Shown here: piece by piece, positions 18,411 to 27,796 of the stretch
Numbering within the stretch: position 1 is the first letter of the stretch
How the letters are laid out: every line of letters starts with the position of its first letter
From: Deltaproteobacteria bacterium
GTDB taxonomy: Bacteria > Myxococcota_A > Polyangia > Polyangiales > Houyiibacteriaceae
Assembly: GCA_013151775.1 (NCBI GenBank)
Contig: JAADHO010000307.1
Span: 1 to 59,297 of the forward strand
Direction: 5' to 3'
Length of the DNA: 59,297 nt
The notes under the pieces: model-generated
Database searches by the model: none
What the model saw: the letters and a program-made list of their open reading frames with translations, nothing else
What the model was told of the DNA's origin: nothing
Program-made: the position numbers and the translations under genes

Positions 18411-21400
18411 GCCCCCGCATGTCACTCTCTCGTCTTCGATTCGCGAGGCCAGCGCTGCTGCTCCCGCTGCTCTTCGCCATCGCTTGCCCTCATCAATCCA
18501 CCGGGACGGCCCACGCGCCGAACATGGACGACCTGCGCACCCGGGCCGCGGCACATCCCCAAGATGCTAGCTTGTGGCGACAGCTCGCCTTGGCCGAGCT
18601 CTACGCTAACGGTGGAGACGCCAGCCGCGCTCGTCCGGCCATCGACCATGCGCGAGAGCTCGCACCGAACGACGCGGGGCTGCTCTTCGCGGCCGCGCGC
18701 GAACGGGACCAACACGGTGAGCCCCTCGAGTCCGCCCAGCTCTTGTTGGACACCTTGGACGCCGCCGCAGCCTCTCCGACGGGAGACGGGATGCTCCTGG
18801 CGGAGGTCGCCATCGCGGCTCTCGCGGGTCTCAACGGACAGGTTCCCGGTTACGTGGAGCTGGTGCGCCCGCGTCTCGAACGGCTCTTGGCTCAGCCAGG
18901 CGCCATCGGTCGAGAGGCCAGTCAGCGCGTCGCCTATCTGGTCATGGGCCTGGCGCGGCGGCGCGCCGACATCGCTCGCGTGCGCGCCATCGCGGACGAT
19001 ATGGGCTGCGTGCGCAGCTTCCGCGTCGCCGGACCCTTTGGCCCGCGCGCGCTGCTCGGCTTCGATCAGCGTCACGCGGCGCTGACCATGGACGAGTTCG
19101 CGGACGAGTACGACCTCGGCCCTGGCACCGGAGTGCGACCGACCTTCGACGCAGACAGCAACGGCTGCGCTGTGCACGTGGGCTCGCGACGCACGCCCGG
19201 GCCCGGCAGCACCTACGCGCGCGGCGTGTTCCACGCGGATCAGGCTGGCGAGTACCTGATTCGCCTCGACACGCCCAACTCCGTCGAACTCTACGTGGAC
19301 AACACGGACGAGCCCGTAGCTCGGCGTGATCGTCGGCGCACGCTCGGAGCGCGCGTGACTTACCACCGGCTGCAGCTGACCGCCGGGGATCACACCGTGC
19401 TGGTAAAGCTCACCACCCGTCACCCGAACCCCGTGCTGGAACTCTCCCTCGCTCCGTCCACGGCGGGCGACATGCTGCCCGAACCCGACGACGCCTTCAC
19501 GCGCTGGTTGCTGGCGCGCGCGCTACTGAACCGTGGCGACCCGATCGCCGCTCGCGAGATGCTGATGCCCGCCGGTCACGATTCGGCCGCGGTGCTGATG
19601 AGCCAGTCTCTGATCGCGCTGAACGACCCGCTGATGCCTCGAGATCAGAGACGAGACGCCGCGCGACGCATGCTCAGGCGCGCCAAGCAGCTCGATCCTC
19701 AGGCGTGGTTTCCCGCCTATCGCCTGGCGGCTCTCGATGCGGCGGACGGACGCGACCAAGACGCGATTCGCACCCTGAAGGCAGACGCCGAGACCTGGCC
19801 CCACGTGCTCGATTTTCAGTCCGAGCTGGTGAGCCTGCTCTCCCGACGACAGTGGGACGCAGAGGCGGATCGCTGGATCGCGCGCGCTCGGCAGCTCGTC
19901 CCGAACGCCTGCGGGCCCATCGGCTGGGAGCTCGACGCGGCCCGCGGACGCGATCAGACCGAGGAGATCAACCGTCTCCTGGAGGCCTACATGGGCTGCA
20001 ACGCGTCGAGTGATGCGCGCTATCAGCGCCTACTGCTGACACGCAGGGACGAGCAGGCCGCGCAGGAGCTCGACCGCCTCATGTCCCTCGCAGCGCCCAC
20101 GGATCGGGCGCGCTTCCTGCGTACGCGTGCGGCGCTCGCGGCTCGTGCGGACGACGGCCCAGCAGAGCAAGAGGTGCTCGCGCAGATCGCCTCCGCGGAG
20201 CCGCGCTCCGAGGGCGTGGTGCTGCAGCAGGCCGACTACCTCTTGGCGGCCGGGGATCGAAACGCAGCTCTCGATCACATCGATCAGGCGTTGGCGCGCG
20301 AGCCGGCGGCGATGGCCGATCTGCACCGCTTGCGACGCGCTCTGGGCCGAGACGCCATGGGACCTTGGCGCATGGACGGCGCGCGCATGCTCGCGGAGTT
20401 CGAGGCCTCGGGGCACGAGTACGAAGGCAACGAGGTGTTGGTCTTCGACTACATGGTGACGCGTGTCTTCGACGACCTCTCGGCGCTAAAAATCGTGCAC
20501 CAGATCTACAAGGTGCAGACGCAGGAGGGCGTGGACGCGCACGCGGAATTCGGCGCCCCTGAAGGTGCCTACATCTTGACCCTGCACACCATCAAGGCCG
20601 ACGGAACGCGGGTCGAGCCCGACATGATCGCCGGCAAGGCGACCATCACCATGCCGCAGCTCTCGCCGGGCGACTACATCGAGTACGAGTGGATCCAGCC
20701 GGTGGATCCGCCCGCGGGCCTGCCCGGCGGGATGCTCGGAGATCGCTTCACCTTCGGCTCCTTCGAGGTGCCCTTCGAGCGCTCCGAGATGACCGTGGTC
20801 TTGCCCGAGTCGATGCATCTCGTGGTGGATCCCCGAGGTCCCGCGCCGGAGACCGAGGAGCACGTGGAGAACGGTCTGCGTGTCTACCATTGGGGCGTCA
20901 CCCAGAGCCTGCCTCTGCCGGTGGAGCCTGGCGCCGTCGCGCGTCGTGAGTACATGCCCTCGATCAACTGGGGCATCGCGGCGACCTGGCCCAAGTTCAT
21001 CGACGGACTGCGCGACGTGTTGGCGGATCGCGATCCCGTCGACCCGGCGGCCCTGCGTCTGGCCCGACGCGTTCTGCGCGGGCATGACACGGCTCCGCCA
21101 CTGGAGAAGGCGCGCCTGCTCTACGAGTGGGCGCTCGAGAACGTGGAATCGAACCGCGACGTCTTCGGCACGGCGCCGCTCATGCTCGCGGACCGCACAG
21201 GCAACCGCGCCCGCGTGCTGAACTACCTCTATGGTCTGCTGGGGATCCCGAGTCAGCTGGTGTTGGCCCGTAGCTACGCCAACGATCAGACGCGCTCCGA
21301 GGTCGCGGACGAAGACACCTACGGCAGCCTGCTGGTGAAGGTCGGTGAAGGTCCACGAGCCGTGTTCATCTCACCCTCGCAAAAAGGAACGCCCTTCGGC

Positions 21401-22147
21401 TGGATAAGCCCACTGCTGCGCGGTCAGGACGCCTACGTGCTCACCGAAGGCGCGCCACGAATCACCGTGCCCGAGGGGGCGCCGGACCAAGACACGCGCG
21501 TCGTGGAGGTTCAGGCGCAGCTGCAGTCGGATGGCTCGGCGCGGCTCTCGATCACCGAGACCTTTCGTGGCCTGGGCGCCATCTCGTGGCGCAATCAGCT
21601 CGAGGGGATCCCCGAGGCGCTCCTGAACCAGCGCTTCGAGCAGGGCTACGCCTCGCGGGTGATCGCCGGCGCGACGCTGCTCTCTCTCGAGATCACGGGT
21701 CGCGAGGAGCTGAGTCAGCCGGTGGTGCTCCACTATAGCCTGGAGGTGCCGGCCTTTGGTCATCGAGAGGGTGCGTCCTGGGTGCTTCCGCCGATCTTCC
21801 CAGAGGGCCTCGCCAACTCCTTCGCGCGCCTCGATCAGCGCACGACACCCGCGCTGATGGCCATGCCTCTGGCGGCGGATCTTCGCTTCAGCCTTCGCGT
21901 GCCCGAAGGGGCCGCACCCCCCGCGGCACCGACGCCCGTGGAGCTCACGCTGCCAGGTGGTGCGCTCTTTTCAATCCGTGCCCAAGTGCAGGACGACACG
22001 CTCCGCATCGAGCGACGCGTCCGTCTTCCTCGGATGCGTATCGCGCCGGAGCAGTATCCCCTCTTCGCGCGCTTCTGCCGCTCGGCCGATCAGGCCGAGG
22101 CGCGTGATCTACGCGTCAGCCTGCCGCGCATGCCCGCGGCCCACTGA
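18407..22147 (+). CDS. large lipoprotein paralogous to the preceding gene, transglutaminase-like core apparently inactive
   Basis: 1246 aa. The ATG shares ATGA (18407-18410) with the upstream stop. The lipobox is LLFAIAC|P. It has the same domain order by eye, but the triad positions read TGNRARVL / YGSLLVKV / VFISPS. Confidence 0.85.
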   Translation: MSPRMSLSRLRFARPALLLPLLFAIACPHQSTGTAHAPNMDDLRTRAAAHPQDASLWRQLALAELYANGGDASRARPAIDHARELAPNDAGLLFAAARERDQHGEPLESAQLLLDTLDAAAASPTGDGMLLAEVAIAALAGLNGQVPGYVELVRPRLERLLAQPGAIGREASQRVAYLVMGLARRRADIARVRAIADDMGCVRSFRVAGPFGPRALLGFDQRHAALTMDEFADEYDLGPGTGVRPTFDADSNGCAVHVGSRRTPGPGSTYARGVFHADQAGEYLIRLDTPNSVELYVDNTDEPVARRDRRRTLGARVTYHRLQLTAGDHTVLVKLTTRHPNPVLELSLAPSTAGDMLPEPDDAFTRWLLARALLNRGDPIAAREMLMPAGHDSAAVLMSQSLIALNDPLMPRDQRRDAARRMLRRAKQLDPQAWFPAYRLAALDAADGRDQDAIRTLKADAETWPHVLDFQSELVSLLSRRQWDAEADRWIARARQLVPNACGPIGWELDAARGRDQTEEINRLLEAYMGCNASSDARYQRLLLTRRDEQAAQELDRLMSLAAPTDRARFLRTRAALAARADDGPAEQEVLAQIASAEPRSEGVVLQQADYLLAAGDRNAALDHIDQALAREPAAMADLHRLRRALGRDAMGPWRMDGARMLAEFEASGHEYEGNEVLVFDYMVTRVFDDLSALKIVHQIYKVQTQEGVDAHAEFGAPEGAYILTLHTIKADGTRVEPDMIAGKATITMPQLSPGDYIEYEWIQPVDPPAGLPGGMLGDRFTFGSFEVPFERSEMTVVLPESMHLVVDPRGPAPETEEHVENGLRVYHWGVTQSLPLPVEPGAVARREYMPSINWGIAATWPKFIDGLRDVLADRDPVDPAALRLARRVLRGHDTAPPLEKARLLYEWALENVESNRDVFGTAPLMLADRTGNRARVLNYLYGLLGIPSQLVLARSYANDQTRSEVADEDTYGSLLVKVGEGPRAVFISPSQKGTPFGWISPLLRGQDAYVLTEGAPRITVPEGAPDQDTRVVEVQAQLQSDGSARLSITETFRGLGAISWRNQLEGIPEALLNQRFEQGYASRVIAGATLLSLEITGREELSQPVVLHYSLEVPAFGHREGASWVLPPIFPEGLANSFARLDQRTTPALMAMPLAADLRFSLRVPEGAAPPAAPTPVELTLPGGALFSIRAQVQDDTLRIERRVRLPRMRIAPEQYPLFARFCRSADQAEARDLRVSLPRMPAAH

Positions 22148-22156
22148 AGCTTTGGA

Positions 22157-23845
22157 TCAGGGCTCGGGCGTCATCGGGCCGAGTCCGCCGTAGCTCTCAC
22201 GCGTCGTGGCGCTGAGCTGTCGCGAACCGGCGATCTCACCGAGCGTCGTGGCGCCCTCGGTCGCCGTGCGTTCGAAGGTCGCGCGGTCGACGCGGTAGAG
22301 ACCGAAGCGCGGCACGAATCCTTCGGCCCACTCGAAGTTGTCGTAGAGGCTCCAGTGGTAGTAGCCGCGCACGTCCACGCCTTCATCCCGAGCGCGCGCG
22401 ATCTGCTCCAAGGAGCGCACCACGTGCTCGGCGCGCCTGCGTCCCACTTCGGTCGCGAGCCCCGACTCGGTCACGGTCATGGGGAGATCAGGCCAGCGCT
22501 CGGAGAAGTCCGTCAGCACATCGTAGATGCCAGGCTCCCAGTACTCATAGTCCATCGTCGGAACCCAGTGAGTCTCGTCCGACGCGGGCAGGCACGCGCC
22601 GAAGTCGAAGCCACCGAAGCAGGGCGTCGCTCCAAGCTGCGGGATCAAGGCGGGCGCCGAGGTCACGCCCGTGCGTGTGTAGTATTGGACGCCGAGCCAA
22701 TCGAGCTTCCCAGTCCAGTCCGTGTGGGTCTCGTCCGCGGTCTGATCCAGGTTCGAGTCGAAGCTCCCGTTCAGGATCGAGTCCACGAAGAGGTAGTGGT
22801 AGACGTACTCCACGGCCGCGGCGGCCGCGACGTCTTCGGGGTCGTCGCTTACCGCGTTGCGTCGTGTGGGCACCCACTTCACCGTGTTCAGCGTGAAGCC
22901 CACCAGAGCGTTCGCACCGTCTCCGTCCGCGTCTTGGGTGTCGCAGCGCTTGATCGCGTCGTAGATCGCGACGTGCATCCGAAGGTAATTCCGGAACACA
23001 TCCACGAGCCTGTCGAAGTCGGTCACGAGTAGGTCCCGGCCGGGCGGGAAAGAGCCCACGCCATAGCTCGCGAGCAGGTAATTCACCGGCTCGTTCACCG
23101 TGGCCCACTCGTCCACGCGGTCTCCGTAGCGCTCGGCGAGCAGGCAGGCGAAGTCCGCGGCCTCGGCGATCGTGGCGTCGGCTCCCGCGGGATCCGCCAG
23201 CCCGCAGAGGTCGGCGTCCGTGGGCCCCGCGGGGCACTCGAGTCCGCGCGCGGGGTCGTCCACCCAGGTCGGAAACGAGAAATGGTGCACGGTGATCATC
23301 GGCTTGATGCCTGCGCTGACCAAGGCGTCGAGCAGCTCGGAGTAGTGGGCGATAGCTGATTCGTCGAAGTTTCCTCGAGTGGGCTCGATGCGTCCCCAGG
23401 AGACGCTGAATCGGTAGGCGTCCAGGTTCATCTCCTCGAGCAAGGCCACGTCCGCCGTGGCGCGCGCCCAGCCACCGGAGGCTGCACCCACGAAGGCGGC
23501 GCCCTTGCCCAAGCCCCCATCCTCTTCGCGCATGGACCAGGGCCACCACTGTTCGCGGTCGTTGTCCTCCTCGATCTGCGCCGCGGCTGTCGCTACGCCA
23601 AGGGTGAAGCTGCCCGCGCCGCTCGGCCCGGCGACCGGTCCCGAGCCGGAGAAGTCGATGTCGACCGGCGGTGGCCCCGCGTCGAAGCCGGAGTCCACGC
23701 TCGCGTCGACGGAGGAGTCGAGGCCGGCGTCACCTCCCGAGTCGTCCCCGCAGGCGCCGAGCAGGAGCAATGCAATGGAGCTTGTCAGAAGCAGGGCACG
23801 ATGGAGGCTGGCGGCGAATCGGGAGCAGAGCATATCCAGAACCAT
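22157..23845 (-). CDS. glycoside hydrolase family 1 (beta-glycosidase-like) lipoprotein
   Basis: GH1 blocks are DAYRFSVSWGRIEP, WATVNEPVNY (acid/base NEP), MTVTESGLA (nucleophile Glu, with Ser where the family usually has Asn) and GYYHWSLYDNFEWAEGFVPRFGLYRVD. The N-terminus has the lipobox IALLLLGAC|GD. Confidence 0.9.
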   Translation of the reverse strand: MVLDMLCSRFAASLHRALLLTSSIALLLLGACGDDSGGDAGLDSSVDASVDSGFDAGPPPVDIDFSGSGPVAGPSGAGSFTLGVATAAAQIEEDNDREQWWPWSMREEDGGLGKGAAFVGAASGGWARATADVALLEEMNLDAYRFSVSWGRIEPTRGNFDESAIAHYSELLDALVSAGIKPMITVHHFSFPTWVDDPARGLECPAGPTDADLCGLADPAGADATIAEAADFACLLAERYGDRVDEWATVNEPVNYLLASYGVGSFPPGRDLLVTDFDRLVDVFRNYLRMHVAIYDAIKRCDTQDADGDGANALVGFTLNTVKWVPTRRNAVSDDPEDVAAAAAVEYVYHYLFVDSILNGSFDSNLDQTADETHTDWTGKLDWLGVQYYTRTGVTSAPALIPQLGATPCFGGFDFGACLPASDETHWVPTMDYEYWEPGIYDVLTDFSERWPDLPMTVTESGLATEVGRRRAEHVVRSLEQIARARDEGVDVRGYYHWSLYDNFEWAEGFVPRFGLYRVDRATFERTATEGATTLGEIAGSRQLSATTRESYGGLGPMTPEP

Positions 23846-23879
23846 AGCGGAGTCGTCTGTCCGTGCGTACGACTCGCGA

Positions 23880-24395
23880 TCACATCAGGTTGTTGGGATC
23901 GCTCTCGAACTCACGGCGCAGCTCTTCGAGGCTCGGCGGGTTCACGGGCTCGGAAGGCAATTCGTAAATCCGAATGCTCGTGCCGCCGCGTGAAGACGGC
24001 GCGATGGTGACGTCGAGCCTCACCTGACTTCCACGTGCGTCGCGAGGTAGCGCAGCTCGATAGGTGGCGCTCTCCCCCTGCGTGTCCACTTGGCCCGTGA
24101 TCAGACGTGGCCCGAAATACTGCAGCACCTTGCGCAGGGGTACGACCGTGTGGAACGCGTGCACGCGCCTATCGACGTATTCCTGCTCGAGACCCACCGG
24201 CAGTTTCAGGGCGGCGAGCTCTTGGTTGGATTCACGCAGTCGTCCCTGCGCGTCGAAGAGCTCCGAGCCTGCACGCCGCAGCTCGTGGGTGGGCGCGGGC
24301 TCCGCGAGCGGGAGAGGTGGCGCTTCGCCCTGACCCACGTCCCCGCCACAGGCCGCGAGGATCGGGAAGAGCAGGCTGAGATGTCTGAGGCGCAT
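23880..24395 (-). CDS. putative lipoprotein, unknown function
   Basis: ATG 24395 gives MRLRHLSLLFPILAAC|GG (lipobox). It is 171 aa, with no family recognised. It lies between pilY1 and the GH1 gene on the same strand. Confidence 0.55.
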   Translation of the reverse strand: MRLRHLSLLFPILAACGGDVGQGEAPPLPLAEPAPTHELRRAGSELFDAQGRLRESNQELAALKLPVGLEQEYVDRRVHAFHTVVPLRKVLQYFGPRLITGQVDTQGESATYRAALPRDARGSQVRLDVTIAPSSRGGTSIRIYELPSEPVNPPSLEELRREFESDPNNLM

Positions 24396-24466
24396 GCTGC
24401 TTCGTATCACGCAACGCGCTCGGAGATCACTCCGGCTCGTGTCACTCTCCGACACTGCGCGCCTCG

Positions 24467-27400
24467 CTACTCGACCGTGCCGGCGTAGCCTTGGGGTCGC
24501 GTGTAGGCAACGGGCGCAGGCAGCTGCCGGGTGAACTCGCCGACCGAGCCACCGGAGGCGCCGCCCGTGCCACCGGAGATCTGTGCGACTAGTTCGAAGC
24601 GCGCCTGACCTGCTGTGGTCAGACGGTGAGTCGGACGCGCGCCGAGGTAGGGATCGATCTCGGATCCATCGGAACCGTCAAAGCAGCTCGGCCGCTGCGC
24701 GACGGCCACACCCATCAGGATGCGGTTGTTCAGCGCCGGGATGCGCGTGTCGTCGAGGTAGGTGACGTAAGTGCCGGAGCCCACGGAGGTCTCGAGGGCT
24801 CCGACGGGATTCAAGGTTCCTCCCTCCTCCTCGAACTTCACGCCCCAGAGCCGGCTGCTGCCGAACTGACAGGCGTCGAGCTCGTTGCTGATGGAGACGA
24901 AGGATCCGAAGTACAGGTTCCCGTTGAAGAGCTCGAGGGGGCCCGTGACCTGCTCGCCGGGATCGAGGTCGATCTGCCAGTTCTCGTACGCCTCCACACG
25001 GGAGACGCCGCCTGTGGCGGTGTTGAAGGTGAGCTTCTCGGTGACTGAGACGACTCGGTTGCGCACCAAGCTCTCGTCGAGCTTGTCCACATCCCCCGTG
25101 GCTTGCAGCACCACCACCTCCTGGTTGGCGTTGGTCGTGACGACCGGCGGAGGATAGGCCGGCTGACCGGCGTTGGCCGGCATGCCGTTGAACATGTCGA
25201 AGAAGGCCTTCACGGTCCAGCTGCGTGGATCGGGGTTCGAGAAGTCCACGCGCCAGATCACGCCGTCGGCGTCAGTGAAGAACGCGCGGCTCGCGACGCT
25301 GGCCGTGTCGCCGGTGAACGCCGAGACGCCGCCGGTGACCGGCGCCGTGAACTCCCGGTCGAACTTCTTGATCAGCCGCCCGGTGTAGGCGTCGATGAAG
25401 AAGAGCGAGCGTCCGCTGTGGTCGCCGTTCTTCCAGCAGCGGCGCATGGTTCGTCCGGGAACGGGCGTGTTGGACACGTCTCTCGCGCTGGCGATTCCCG
25501 TGGTGGCACACGCGCCGGGTTGGCGTTCACCCTCGCCGCCGCCTAGAATCACCACAGCGCGCTCGTTCACGACGCCGTTGGTCTCGACCAACATCTGCAC
25601 CATCGCGGGCTCGGAGTAGCTGTTGCCCATGCGCTCATCCTCGAACTGCCACAAGAACTTCGGGTCCCTCGGATCGGTGACGTCGAGGGCGAAGGCTTGG
25701 CGGCCACCACCGCGCAGAGTGCCCACCAAGATCGTACGCCACTCGTCGGCGCGAACACGGTTCGGCGTGCGGGCGACATACACCTCGCGGACCAGGGGAC
25801 TGCCGTCGACCATCCACTGATGACCCGCTCGCGCGGTCTTCAGCTTCTCGAGCAGCGCCGGCGGTACGAAGCCCCAGAGCTCGGTGCCACCGCTCAGGCT
25901 CTGTCCGTTGTAGCGCCCGCCGTTGAAGCGATGATCGTCTGCCACGAAGGCGTGCATGATGCCGTCGTTGGTGCCCACGTAGATCATGCGGGGTCGGTTT
26001 TGGACGTCCTCGTCCTGCCGGAAGGCGTTGTAGCTCTCGTCGGCCAGATCCGTTGCCGGCGGTGCGTTGACGGCGGGTGAGGAGTGGTAGATATCACCCA
26101 TCTTGGCGTTCTCACGCGTGGTGCCGGGGGCGCCCCAGAGCCAGTTGATCAGGTTGCGCCGCTCCGTGTCGTTGGGGACGTCGAAGTAGCTGCGATCGAG
26201 CGAAGTGTTGGAGGCCGTCAGGCGCACGAGGCTGAGGTTTCGCTGCTTGATGCCGGCCGCTGAAGGCACGGGCAGACCCGCGCCGCTCATGAAGGTCTCG
26301 CCATCTCCCACGAGCCATTTGCTCGAGTCTTCGTGGCGACGCGCGCGCACAGTGAGCAGGCGGCGGTTCGTGCCGGGGTTGGCGTCGGGCACCGTTTGGG
26401 TGTTCAAGAGTACGCCAAAGCGATCTCGTGCGATGATGGGCTGAGGTGTGGGCACGCCCAAGCGGCACTCGATGCGCCGACGTTCGAGCACACCGGTCCA
26501 GGGGTTGCCGTCGCGGATGGGCAGGTTGAAGCCCGTGTTGAACTGAAGCTGTGCCACCGCCGTCGAGCCCGCCACGGTCGCGTTTGCGAGCGCGGGTACA
26601 GTGCGCGTGGTCGTGCCGGGGGCGGAGCGGTCGAGTACGGTGCTCATGGCGGAGATCAGCGACGCGCGATCGTTGGCGAAGAAGGCCGTGCCCGTGCCGC
26701 CCGCGTCAGCGAGCGCGTTCAAGCGCGCGGTCACGGCGGCATCACCCGCGACGTTGAAACCGACGACGTAGAGGCCGTCGATCTTGCCTCCGCATGTGCT
26801 GGTAGCGCTGCTGTAGGCACACAGGTTGCGCGCTGTGTCTTCGGGTGTCGGGTAGGGGCAGGTGGATCCAACAGTCTCGCACTTGTAAGGCGCGCCGCGC
26901 ATGTCGGCGTTGGGGTAGCCATCGGTGAGCAGGATCGCGTAACGGCTGCGACAGGCAGCGTAGGGATCGCCCGTGTCACCCACGGCACGCACCGGCTTCA
27001 CGTCCGGGTGATTGTCCAGGTAGTAGCGCAGGTCGTCGAGCATGCCCGCGACTGGAGTCGCTCCGAAGGGGCGCAGGCTGGGGTCGAGCAGGGCGCTCTG
27101 GATTTCCTGGTTGATGACGGTCTGATCGTCTGCGTCGGTGCCGACGGAGATCAGTCGGCCCGGTGCGGCGAGGTTCTCGTTGCGAGCGCCGTTGTCCATC
27201 ATGCGCTGCACACCACAGCCGGGGAAGGTGAAGGGCTGAGGGGTTCCGTAGGAGAAGTTCCCGAAGGCCGCCGCCGAGTCGCTCAAGCGCGACCTGAAGA
27301 CGGTCGCCGGCACGATCGGTGGAGCGTCCGTGAAGGTGCCCACGCCATCGAAGGTCATCAGGCCGAAGCGGACGCGATCACGGTACACGTCCAGCACGCC

Positions 27401-27796
27401 GTCGTTGCTCTGGGAGCTCCAGCCGAGGGCGATATGCGGCAGGTAGTAGCCGAAATCGTATTGCGCCGCATAGAGCGCCGTGTTGCGCGTCTGGGTCGTG
27501 CAGGAGAAGCCGTTGAAGCCACCCGTGAGCGCTTGAAGCACCGTGGCCCAGCGGTTTTGCTCGGCGCTGGCGCAGACGGGCAGGCACTCGGTGCAGGCTG
27601 GCGTGGCGCAGGCGCAGCTGCCCTTCTTCTCCATGGAGCCTGATGTGTCCACCATCAACATCACCACCGGGCGTACGTTGCGTACATCCGGTGCTTGGGC
27701 CGAGGCCTGCGTGGGCTGGCCCAAGATCATCGCGAGCAGCGCGAAGCCGAAGGCGAGCGAGAGGTGTGCGAGGCGTCCCATGGTTGCTCCGTTCAT
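24467..27796 (-). CDS. pilY1: PilY1-like type IV pilus tip adhesin with N-terminal vWA domain
   Basis: 1109 aa from ATG 27796, which shares ATGA with the pilX stop. The signal peptide is ...LSLAFGFALLAMILGQPTQASA. The vWA MIDAS motif is VVMLMVDTSGSM. C-terminal PilY1/PilC beta-propeller blocks are MIYVGTNDGIMHAFV, ELWGFVPPALL and FFTDADGVIWRVDF. The upstream part of the 1257-aa ORF is Arg/His-rich shadow sequence. Confidence 0.9.
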   Translation of the reverse strand: MNGATMGRLAHLSLAFGFALLAMILGQPTQASAQAPDVRNVRPVVMLMVDTSGSMEKKGSCACATPACTECLPVCASAEQNRWATVLQALTGGFNGFSCTTQTRNTALYAAQYDFGYYLPHIALGWSSQSNDGVLDVYRDRVRFGLMTFDGVGTFTDAPPIVPATVFRSRLSDSAAAFGNFSYGTPQPFTFPGCGVQRMMDNGARNENLAAPGRLISVGTDADDQTVINQEIQSALLDPSLRPFGATPVAGMLDDLRYYLDNHPDVKPVRAVGDTGDPYAACRSRYAILLTDGYPNADMRGAPYKCETVGSTCPYPTPEDTARNLCAYSSATSTCGGKIDGLYVVGFNVAGDAAVTARLNALADAGGTGTAFFANDRASLISAMSTVLDRSAPGTTTRTVPALANATVAGSTAVAQLQFNTGFNLPIRDGNPWTGVLERRRIECRLGVPTPQPIIARDRFGVLLNTQTVPDANPGTNRRLLTVRARRHEDSSKWLVGDGETFMSGAGLPVPSAAGIKQRNLSLVRLTASNTSLDRSYFDVPNDTERRNLINWLWGAPGTTRENAKMGDIYHSSPAVNAPPATDLADESYNAFRQDEDVQNRPRMIYVGTNDGIMHAFVADDHRFNGGRYNGQSLSGGTELWGFVPPALLEKLKTARAGHQWMVDGSPLVREVYVARTPNRVRADEWRTILVGTLRGGGRQAFALDVTDPRDPKFLWQFEDERMGNSYSEPAMVQMLVETNGVVNERAVVILGGGEGERQPGACATTGIASARDVSNTPVPGRTMRRCWKNGDHSGRSLFFIDAYTGRLIKKFDREFTAPVTGGVSAFTGDTASVASRAFFTDADGVIWRVDFSNPDPRSWTVKAFFDMFNGMPANAGQPAYPPPVVTTNANQEVVVLQATGDVDKLDESLVRNRVVSVTEKLTFNTATGGVSRVEAYENWQIDLDPGEQVTGPLELFNGNLYFGSFVSISNELDACQFGSSRLWGVKFEEEGGTLNPVGALETSVGSGTYVTYLDDTRIPALNNRILMGVAVAQRPSCFDGSDGSEIDPYLGARPTHRLTTAGQARFELVAQISGGTGGASGGSVGEFTRQLPAPVAYTRPQGYAGTVE

